From assembly GCF_000223395.1 (NCBI RefSeq), contig NC_015931.1, positions 1,680,001 through 1,712,000 on the forward strand: a stretch of DNA of 32,000 nt, written 5' to 3'. The stretch is from Pyrolobus fumarii 1A (lineage in GTDB: Archaea > Thermoproteota > Thermoprotei_A > Sulfolobales > Pyrodictiaceae). Under the pieces are notes generated by a model. That model did no database searches. It saw only the letters and a list, made by a program, of their open reading frames with translations, and was not told where the DNA came from. The translations under genes were made by a program, and so were the position numbers. Below, piece after piece: positions 7,018 through 14,137 of the stretch. Positions within the stretch are counted from its first letter, which is position 1; every line of letters starts with the position of its first letter.

Positions 7018-7092
7018 CTAGAGCTGCTTAGCGGTCAAGTCTCCAGCGAAGTATCTCACTATAACGTTGCTGTCAATAAATACCGAGTTCAT
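7018..7092 (-). pseudogene. Truncated PIN-domain (vapC) remnant of 24 codons
   Basis: The ATG overlaps the end of the upstream antitoxin gene. It translates as MNSVFIDSNVIVRYFAGDLTAKQL then stop, which is a typical PIN N-terminus (xFxDSNV) cut off long before the other acidic residues. Confidence 0.6.
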
Positions 7093-7264
7093 CCTCAGCC
7101 TCCCTTAGAACCTTCTCAAGCGTATTCTTATCCACCCGGAGAGGCCCAAACACCTTCTCCACAAGCTCTCTACCAACGATTCGCACAAGCAGAACCTCAC
7201 CCTCTTCTAGGTCAAGCTTCTCGAGAGGTCTCAATACACCCTTCTCATACCTTAACACGAACAA
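7073..7264 (-). CDS. DUF104/AF2212-type antitoxin-like protein (VapB-position partner of PIN toxins)
   Basis: LRYEKGVLRPLEKLDLEEGEVLLVRI is the family hallmark. ORF track extends to 7285; an internal TTG or GTG start is more likely. Confidence 0.7.
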   Translation of the reverse strand: MFVLRYEKGVLRPLEKLDLEEGEVLLVRIVGRELVEKVFGPLRVDKNTLEKVLREAEDELGIY

Positions 7265-7612
7265 CTCTAGACACAGCGTCAACACCTCAGTAGAGATGTC
7301 CTAGAACCAGCCTATTAGCTGGTGCCTCTCCCCATGCCCTATGCAGTATGTATCTGACACTCTGTCGAAAACATCGAAGTGCTGTATAAGCCTGGCTTAC
7401 TCGCGTCCCGGGTTAGCAGCATCGGTTGCCCTCGTAACTACCGGGTAGGCCTCGATCATCCAGCTATTAGCAGCAAGTTACATTGTTGATGCTCTTATCA
7501 TTAGCCTCTAGACACTTGCGCCATTGCATCATCGTTTGCTAGCCGAACCCAGGAGCTTTGCTTCCAGCACATGTTCCTAAGATGTATCTTTTGGTCTGCT
7601 AGAGCCCTGTGC

Positions 7613-7900
7613 TTAGAGTACGAACAGTGCACGAGGCGAGAAGAACACCCTGTCGCCGTCCTTAAGCCGGGTCTCTAGGCCATCTAGGAATTCTATGCGC
7701 CTGCCATTCACTAGTATTGAGACCGGGTATCGCAGCTCGCCCTTATCGTCGAGTACAAGGTCTCGGAAGCCGCTCTTCACGCGCTTATCTATGACCTCTA
7801 TGAGCGTCCTTACCGAGGCTCCTTCGGGCAACTCGATGTCTATAAACGGCTTGCCTATGTACTCGTAAAACTCTTGCACAAATACAGCCCTAACCTTCAT
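7613..7900 (-). CDS. MoaD-like beta-grasp protein lacking the C-terminal Gly-Gly, encoded directly downstream of AOR
   Basis: Paralogous to the 6600-6884 product (shared ILVNGRxxEFL...T.L+DGDRV) but ends FFSPRALFVL. ORF track extends to 7963; the ATG at 7900 (MKVRAVF...) is more plausible. Confidence 0.7.
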   Translation of the reverse strand: MKVRAVFVQEFYEYIGKPFIDIELPEGASVRTLIEVIDKRVKSGFRDLVLDDKGELRYPVSILVNGRRIEFLDGLETRLKDGDRVFFSPRALFVL

Positions 7901-7991
7901 CCCGCATACCGTAGTTATCGACGCATCCAGCCGGCTATACAGGTTGGTGTGCGAGCGACACACGCTGGCACTGGGGGTGTTAAAAACGCGG

Positions 7992-9875
7992 TTAGGATAC
8001 GATGTAGATGAACTCCTCGAGGCCTAGCCTCTTGAGAGTCTCTGGCGTGGGTTTGCCATCCACCCAGCCCCTTAGCCTATAGTACTCTGGCAGGTACTTC
8101 TCCAGAGCCTCTCTGGCGGTTCTCCCCTTGGCTGGGCCGTCGGGCAGAGGCTCCTCCACAAGCCTCTTTGGCAGATAGTCTCTATAGCCGTGGCCCTCTC
8201 TCACCGCGAACAACCTCTCGACGTTGTATATCCTCTCGCCTATGAGCAGCAGCTCGTCCACCGTCAAATCATCCCAGCCTAGCGCCGCTTGCAGCAACGG
8301 CACGTAATCCTCTGGGCCCGTGGAGAACGTGTTAAACTTGCATACAACCAGGCTATCTATCACAGCGAAGTAGTCTTGCTGCCACTTGACGAGCTTGACC
8401 TTCTCGAGGTCTATCGCTAGCGGGTCGAACTTCTTAGGCACGCCTAGCACGTCGAAGCTGACAGCATATGCTCTCAGGTGGCATCCTCCGCGGTTGCTAG
8501 TCGCGTAGCTCAAAGCCATACTGGTGATTGCCCTCGGGTCATAAGCGGGCAGCTCCAAGCCCCTGACGTGAACCGCGCTATCGGGGCTTCCGAAGTGCTC
8601 GGCTAGCCTCTTGGCACCCTCGGCTGTATAGTCGCCTATGCCTATCCTGTAGGCAGTCCTCCACACAAGCTGTATGACGGCATCAGCGTTACCCCAGGTC
8701 GGCTCGATATCCTGGAGCAGCTTGAGCAGCTCCTCTGCCTTGTCTCTCGGAAGCTCGCCCTTCTTGGCCTTCTCGTAGAGCTCCATGAGTGTAGCCACAG
8801 TGTTACCGAAGCTTATCGTGTCGAAGCCGAGATCGTTGAGGAGATAGTTTATCTTGATTATGGCCGCGAGATCACCTATCATTGTGTTCGCGCCGTTAGC
8901 CCAGATGGTCTCGTACTCGGGACCCTCCGATACCGGTGTCCTATAGGGGCCGCTGGGCACCTCAGCTACACGTGCGCACCGGATGACACAACCCCAGCAG
9001 CCTTTCCGCGCCTGGAGATACTTCTCGGCGAGATACTCGCCACTGATCTCGTACGCCTTCTCGAAGGTGCCGCGAGTCCAGTTCTTCGTCGGGAAGGCCC
9101 CGTGCTCGTTGATAATGTTGACCAGGACTGCGGTGCCATACTTGTGGAGAGACTGGCTAACCGGGTGCTCCGAGAGCTTCTTTGTAACCTCCTTAACCGC
9201 CTTGTTGAACCTCTCCCTATCGACTATCTCAATCCTCCTCCTGCCGTAGACGAAGATCGCCTTCACCCTCTTGGCGCCCATGACGGCTGCGAGGCCGGTC
9301 CTCCCCGCCGCACGGTACCTGTCGTTCATTATGGCCGCTATCTTCGAAAGGTTCTCGCCGGCAGGGCCTATAGCCAGGACAGAGCCGATATCCTCCCTCT
9401 CTATGCCAACCTTCCTCCTAATGATGTGCTCCGCGTAGATGACACCCTTGCCCCAAAGCTCTTTGGCATCGTGGAACTGCACATCACCGTCAATGATGCT
9501 TATCCATACCGGCTCCTCGCTAACCTCCTCAAGGACAATACCATCGTAGCCCGCGAATCTGAGCCACGGCCCGAACTGCCCGCCGCTATTCGCGTCGCCC
9601 AGTATACCAGTCAGGGGGCTCTTACCGACAACATGGTATCTGCCGCTGTTGATCCCGGGGACGCCGGTCAGCGGCCCAGTGAGAATGTAGAGTTTGTTTG
9701 CAGGGCCTAACGGGTCTGTACCGGGCGGTATCTCCTTCAACGCAAGGTATGCGCCTAGACCCCTCCCGCCTAGAAACCTGCGGAGAATCTTCTCGTCAAT
9801 CTTCTCCTCGCGAACCTTCTGGTTCCAGAGGTTGATCCTTAGAATCTTGAACTCTACCAACCTGCCACCACACAA
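7992..9875 (-). CDS. aor: Aldehyde:ferredoxin oxidoreductase family (tungstopterin enzyme)
   Basis: About 620 aa with an AOR-family N-terminus (ILRINL...EKIDEKILRRFLGGRGLGAYL), Fe-S/pterin-region motifs (CWGCVIRC, EGPEYET) and GGCH. The start is TTG at 9875 or TTG at 9860, depending on which of two TATA-like boxes is used. Confidence 0.9.
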   Translation of the reverse strand: MCGGRLVEFKILRINLWNQKVREEKIDEKILRRFLGGRGLGAYLALKEIPPGTDPLGPANKLYILTGPLTGVPGINSGRYHVVGKSPLTGILGDANSGGQFGPWLRFAGYDGIVLEEVSEEPVWISIIDGDVQFHDAKELWGKGVIYAEHIIRRKVGIEREDIGSVLAIGPAGENLSKIAAIMNDRYRAAGRTGLAAVMGAKRVKAIFVYGRRRIEIVDRERFNKAVKEVTKKLSEHPVSQSLHKYGTAVLVNIINEHGAFPTKNWTRGTFEKAYEISGEYLAEKYLQARKGCWGCVIRCARVAEVPSGPYRTPVSEGPEYETIWANGANTMIGDLAAIIKINYLLNDLGFDTISFGNTVATLMELYEKAKKGELPRDKAEELLKLLQDIEPTWGNADAVIQLVWRTAYRIGIGDYTAEGAKRLAEHFGSPDSAVHVRGLELPAYDPRAITSMALSYATSNRGGCHLRAYAVSFDVLGVPKKFDPLAIDLEKVKLVKWQQDYFAVIDSLVVCKFNTFSTGPEDYVPLLQAALGWDDLTVDELLLIGERIYNVERLFAVREGHGYRDYLPKRLVEEPLPDGPAKGRTAREALEKYLPEYYRLRGWVDGKPTPETLKRLGLEEFIYIVS

Positions 9876-9901
9876 TTAAACATTGTTTAAAGTGATAAAA
9901 A

Positions 9902-9941
9902 GTGTGTGTCAAACGGGGCTTGCACACACGTAAACCCCGTT
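9902..9941. promoter_or_regulatory. Two interleaved 7-bp inverted repeats abutting the AOR promoter
   Basis: GTGTGTG(9902-08)/CACACAC(9923-29) interleaves with AACGGGG(9912-18)/CCCCGTT(9935-41). All arms are perfect. Confidence 0.6.
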
Positions 9942-10174
9942 GGCAAACAACATACAATACACGCGTATACATGTCGAAAGAACCGGAATAGGAGTAGCAA
10001 TCGCATATATGGGCACAACCTGCGCTAAATACTCACAACAGACTGTGAAGAGCAAATTACGTGATTTCACCTCGAGAGTAGACACGCCCAAAACTCTGAA
10101 AGAAATTGAGTGGCATGAGAACGGTATATGCGACTCTACAGTGCTGGTTGAGCACAGACCCCGGCATTGGGCGC

Positions 10175-11071
10175 CTAGGTTCTCGATTCTCTCGCCAGCC
10201 TCTCTGCTAGGCTGGCTGCCGCCTTGGCCAGTTCGCTCTTGTCGACCCCGTATACATCTAGGCGTTTCTCGAGAGCAAGTACCAAGGTGTGTAGTGCCAG
10301 CTCGTCGACCTGCACGCCGCGTATGGATGCTAGCACGCTGTAAGGCTCCATGGGCGGCGCTGCAAAGAACACGCCGTCAATCTCGGCTCGCGACACGAAA
10401 TTATCGTGTAACTCGAAACCTAGTCTCGCGTAGAAACCGTCACGCCCATAAACCGTAACGTGTGGTAGACCCTCAACACCCCGGTAGCAAGTCCAGTTCT
10501 CGGATTCAAAACTGGTGGCCAACTCCGGAGACACTTTGACGCTCCTTGCGCTTCCATCCAGTCTCGCGCCCATACACTTCACAGCCATGGACAAATCGAA
10601 ATCGCCGATAATCTCGACGATAGCGACACCCTCAATACTGGTAACGCCGTAGGCAACATGCCCTCCCGTCACCATGGGGCCCTTAACGCCGAACCCCATA
10701 CACTCTAGAAGATCGCGTGCCAGCTTAACCGCCTCGCGCAGGCTACTATCCCTGCTACCGTTGGCAACGAGTATGTACGCGTAGTCCTTTGTAGTTTCGA
10801 TACGCGCACCGCCAGTCAGCCTTCTTGCAGGGTATTCAACGTTGCAAGGCTCGTAGAGGCCGAGAGTGACACCCTCATGCGGCCAGCTAGAGACGAGGAT
10901 GTTGAATCCACGCGACTTCAACGTGGCACCGATGATGCTCTCGGCGGCTGCCAGGACCTCGCCAAAACCACGGGGTGCGCGTAGAACGTGTAACGTAGGC
11001 TGGGGCAAGTTAGTCTCTACCGTTATAGTTACTAGGAGCACGGGGCTATGAAGGCCAGCCTTACAACACAA
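10175..11071 (-). CDS. Lipoate-protein ligase A-like (BPL/LplA fold) protein, possibly non-catalytic
   Basis: ARRLTGGARIE resembles the LplA RRxSGGGAVFHD motif. The C-terminal segment (DGVFFAAPPMEPYSVLASIRGVQVD) resembles the LplA accessory domain. I could not place the catalytic lysine by eye, and the N-terminal extent is uncertain. Confidence 0.45.
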   Translation of the reverse strand: MCCKAGLHSPVLLVTITVETNLPQPTLHVLRAPRGFGEVLAAAESIIGATLKSRGFNILVSSWPHEGVTLGLYEPCNVEYPARRLTGGARIETTKDYAYILVANGSRDSSLREAVKLARDLLECMGFGVKGPMVTGGHVAYGVTSIEGVAIVEIIGDFDLSMAVKCMGARLDGSARSVKVSPELATSFESENWTCYRGVEGLPHVTVYGRDGFYARLGFELHDNFVSRAEIDGVFFAAPPMEPYSVLASIRGVQVDELALHTLVLALEKRLDVYGVDKSELAKAAASLAERLARESRT

Positions 11072-11181
11072 GGATCTCGGTCAAAACCGAGGCTGTATCA
11101 TCTATGAATGCGCATGTTCCAAAAAGGAGGTATTAACCCGAAGATGCAAGTGTGCAGCATTTCGTGTTAAAAGCGCGAAGC

Positions 11182-12438
11182 TTAGCGCCTCTTGCCGCCC
11201 TTCCTCCTCCTGCCCTTGCCGCGCCTCCTTGGCGCTGGCTTCGGCCTCGCCTCGGCAGCCTTCCTCTTCGGCGGCTTCGCGTATATCCTCTTGATCTCCT
11301 CGATCCTCTTCATCAGCGCCTCCTTGAGCTTGTCGCCAATGTACCTGCCGGTGAAGTAGTCGACCCTAGCGGCGATTGCGAGCTTGGCTGCTAGAGCCCT
11401 GGCGATCTTACCGCGCTGCCATCTTGGCGACCTGTGGATAGCTGGAAACTGGAAGATAACACCGTGCTTTGGCGGCTTGCCGCCGGTGCGCAGCGCCCTG
11501 AACAGAGCCTTCTCGGCGCCAAGCACCTGGATCGTGCTGGCTGGGAGGAATGCTAGCTCCTCTAGGCTGCCTGCCAGGCTGATTAGCCTCGCGCCTAGCA
11601 GTGGGCCGACCAGTGCAGTGATGTTCGGCGCGACCTCCTTCATCACGGCGGCGATGTAGTCGGCTAGCTCGCGGCGGAGCCGGTAGAGCTCTAGGGTTAT
11701 CCTCGCGAACTTTTGGATAGCCTTGATGTCGAGGTCGGAGAAGTCAGCGCCCATGCTCTTCTTGGCCGCCTCTGCTATCTCCTCAGCCTTCTTCTCGCTG
11801 AAGCCTAGCTTCATGAGGTTCTCCTTGGTTATGTTGTCCCTGTGGCCAAGCTCCGCCACGATCTTGATGTAGTCCTCGTGCTCCCTCACTAGGTCGTCAA
11901 GCTCGGGGAAGTGAAGGCTGTACCACTCGCGAATCCTAGCCGAGAACAGGTTGGTAGTCTTGTCGATATCGTCGATGGCACGGATTGCCTGGGCAGCCAG
12001 CAGGTCGCGCTTCTGCGCTGCACGGCGCAGCTTACGCCTCGTAACCTCGAGGCTAAACTCGTGCAACAGCTTCCTGTACTCGTCCTCGCTGCTCACAAAC
12101 CCCGTCTCAACGACAACCTCTGGTATCTTGCCGCGGAACTCGACGGCGATCTCGTTGCCAGGCTCTATCTTCACCTCGAAGCCCTTGCTAGTGACGAACC
12201 TAGCCAGCCTCTCATCCTCGATAACAACCTCCTTTACACCCATCTCCTTGAGCTTGTCCAGTAGCTTCTGTAGCGCGTAGTTCGGCTCGCCGCGCTCGAT
12301 CTTCAGAGCCTCCTCGACCATATCGTCGAGGGTCTTCGGCGCATGCTCATAGGCTACTAGGTCCCTCTTCTCGTTGACAGCATAGCTCCCCGTGAAGTGG
12401 TCTACTATGTATACCCTCTCCTCGGGCATACTCATCAC
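11182..12438 (-). CDS. nop5: Nop5 (Nop56/58) C/D-box sRNP core protein
   Basis: NOP-domain motifs (AEKALFRALRTGGKPPKHGVIFQ, LAAKLAIAARVD), a coiled-coil middle region and a Lys/Arg-rich C-terminal tail. Confidence 0.93.
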   Translation of the reverse strand: MMSMPEERVYIVDHFTGSYAVNEKRDLVAYEHAPKTLDDMVEEALKIERGEPNYALQKLLDKLKEMGVKEVVIEDERLARFVTSKGFEVKIEPGNEIAVEFRGKIPEVVVETGFVSSEDEYRKLLHEFSLEVTRRKLRRAAQKRDLLAAQAIRAIDDIDKTTNLFSARIREWYSLHFPELDDLVREHEDYIKIVAELGHRDNITKENLMKLGFSEKKAEEIAEAAKKSMGADFSDLDIKAIQKFARITLELYRLRRELADYIAAVMKEVAPNITALVGPLLGARLISLAGSLEELAFLPASTIQVLGAEKALFRALRTGGKPPKHGVIFQFPAIHRSPRWQRGKIARALAAKLAIAARVDYFTGRYIGDKLKEALMKRIEEIKRIYAKPPKRKAAEARPKPAPRRRGKGRRRKGGKRR

Positions 12439-12449
12439 ACCCGGGTCAG
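12432..12449 (-). promoter_or_regulatory. K-loop-type (D'/C'-like) motif CUGA-CCCGGGU-GUGAUGA covering the nop5 initiation codons
   Basis: The - strand reads ...GAGAGUCUGACCCGGGUGUGAUGAGUAUG.... The GUG and AUG start candidates lie inside the C'-like box. A TTTAAAA box at 12486-12492 predicts a 5' UTR of about 25 nt that includes the CUGA. Confidence 0.55.
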
Positions 12450-12507
12450 ACTCTCCAGGAGGAGGGACGAGCGCAACTCATCCTCTTTTAAAGAGTAGGT
12501 AGGGGCG

Positions 12508-13197
12508 CTAACAGACACCACGTAGTACCTCACGAAGCGAGCCTGTACTGGTTACCGTGGCGCCGCTAGCGATAAGACCCCTAACCCACTCCTCGTTATC
12601 AGTCACGATTATAACGTCGTCGAGTTCTTTCAGCTCGTTGCTCTGCGATAGATTAGCGTAGAGTGCTAGCCGCGGAAGAGTAAGCGGATCCTTGCTCAGG
12701 GCAACCATGAATCCGACCCTACACTCGTCCCTTTCGGCTATGCCGTCTAACACGGCCTCCGAGCCATCATGCACACTCCTTACCTCAAACCCGGTGCTCT
12801 CGAGTGCCGAGCGAATAGCCTCGTACACCTTTCTATACTCTCGTATAATCTCGGGGTCGGGGTTCAAAATATTCGATAGCAGCGCCAATAATAGTCTAAG
12901 CGAGGCGGCCCGCGGCGTAGGCTTGTAGATCAAGCGTGGGCCGTCCTCAATGCTCTCGATAGCACCGGCACACTCGAGCATCATAATGTAACGCTGGAAG
13001 GATATTGGGTTCAGGTTAGCCTGGTTCATTAGCCGCGTCTTTGTGACACCACCCTCACTCATAAGTATCTCGAGCATAGTAGATAGTATCTCGAGTGTGT
13101 CGCGCCGATTACGGAGTTTTGGGTGGGATGCACTTCTAGCATCCTCTCCGGCTCTAACAACTCTGGCCAAGACATCCGGGTGGTAGTAATAGTCCAA
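12508..13197 (-). CDS. Winged-helix (HTH_45-like) DNA-binding protein with uncharacterised C-terminal alpha/beta domain
   Basis: RRDTLEILSTMLEILMSEGGVTKTRLMNQANLNPISFQRYIMMLECAGAIE matches the archaeal wHTH pattern. The C-terminal GFEV...LDGIAERDECRVGFMVALSK...VIIVTD is faintly PD-(D/E)xK-like. Confidence 0.6.
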   Translation of the reverse strand: MDYYYHPDVLARVVRAGEDARSASHPKLRNRRDTLEILSTMLEILMSEGGVTKTRLMNQANLNPISFQRYIMMLECAGAIESIEDGPRLIYKPTPRAASLRLLLALLSNILNPDPEIIREYRKVYEAIRSALESTGFEVRSVHDGSEAVLDGIAERDECRVGFMVALSKDPLTLPRLALYANLSQSNELKELDDVIIVTDNEEWVRGLIASGATVTSTGSLREVLRGVC

Positions 13198-13448
13198 CTA
13201 TATCTCCCGCATGAACTTTCAATAACCAGGCTTTTAAACGAGTTATGTACAACATGTACGTATATTTAGAGAAAATGTCGCAAAACAACATAGTTGTGAG
13301 GAGGACCGTGCACCGCCTATAAAGGCGGCTAAATCGCATGTGCACAAGACCGTATCCGCTATGGGTGCGTTAATAGTGCGGTGTATAGTAAAGTACATAC
13401 TGTCGTTACGCTGCGGGGCGCCGAATCGCCTAGTATCCCCGGGCGGGG

Positions 13449-13829
13449 TTGTTGTCCTGGTGCCTTGGCGTGGGAGAAGAGCCAGGCAGGCACGTCAAGA
13501 TATTCGAGGGTGAAGCGAGAATAGGGCAGATGATCCGGGGTATGGAAGTCGTACAGCTGCGCCCCGAGGACTTCTCGAGCCCAGTTGCTCTACAGATGGC
13601 ACTCTCAAGGATATACGATGCGGTGCTCCGGATGATGCAGGAGGGGCCAAAGAAGGTATATGTCGCAGAGATAAGGTTCAACGACGACCTTGGGAACCGC
13701 GTTGTGTTTGCTGTGGAGCTTGGAGAGACGCCACCGCCATTCACAAAGGATAAGGTCAAGGCGAGGATAGTTGTTGAGCTCTTCGAGGAGGGTGGTGGGG
13801 AGGAGACGCCTCAGGGTATACCGCCGTAG
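13449..13829 (+). CDS. Hypothetical small protein
   Basis: ORF with protein-like composition and no recognisable motif. The true start may be the ATG at 13530 (MIRGMEVV...). Confidence 0.4.
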   Translation: MLSWCLGVGEEPGRHVKIFEGEARIGQMIRGMEVVQLRPEDFSSPVALQMALSRIYDAVLRMMQEGPKKVYVAEIRFNDDLGNRVVFAVELGETPPPFTKDKVKARIVVELFEEGGGEETPQGIPP

Positions 13830-13834
13830 AGGAG

Positions 13835-13892
13835 GATCAGCGGAGAGAAGTTCTCATCACTCTCTCAGGGGTCGGACTCCTCATCACAACCC
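13835..13892 (-). ncRNA. C/D-box sRNA (2'-O-methylation guide)
   Basis: The - strand reads GUGAUGA (13887-13881) | GGAGUCCGACCC (12 nt) | CUGA | GAGA | GUGAUGA (13860-13854) | GAACUUCUCUCCG (13 nt) | CUGA (13840-13837). Both box pairs are fully canonical with canonical spacing. An AT-rich AATAAA lies about 30-36 nt upstream. Confidence 0.85.
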
Positions 13893-14137
13893 CTATTTCC
13901 AGCCGCCGGCATCCACGTTTATTGAAGCACCCCGCTCGACGCGGCCGCGTACGCGGCCGTTGGATGAGAAGCGCGGGGCTTGCCCCCCGCTATTGCACCA
14001 AACGGCGCGTCATTACGGTAGGGCCGCGTTTAAATACGGGTCGTGGTATGGGTTGTGGTGTGGTATCACGAGCCTCAACCATTATTTTAGTCTAGGGGTA
14101 CCCACCCTAGGTAGGCTCATGGTGGGGTTTAGAGGGT

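Noticed and set aside
9102-9710. 202-aa ORF antisense to AOR, and similar long antisense ORFs inside nop5, PAN, the aminotransferase and trpD
   Set aside because: These are typical shadow ORFs of GC-rich coding sequence. Each lies fully within a gene that has strong family motifs on the opposite strand or in another frame.
10045-10099. GUGAAGA ... CUGA pair 55 nt apart in the AOR upstream spacer as a C/D sRNA
   Set aside because: No credible internal D'/C' boxes, no terminal stem, and the TATA-like boxes are at the wrong distance.
13198-13448. AT-rich 250-bp region as a replication origin
   Set aside because: No ORB-like repeated boxes, no adjacent orc1/cdc6 gene, and it is fully explained as a divergent promoter region with several TATA boxes.
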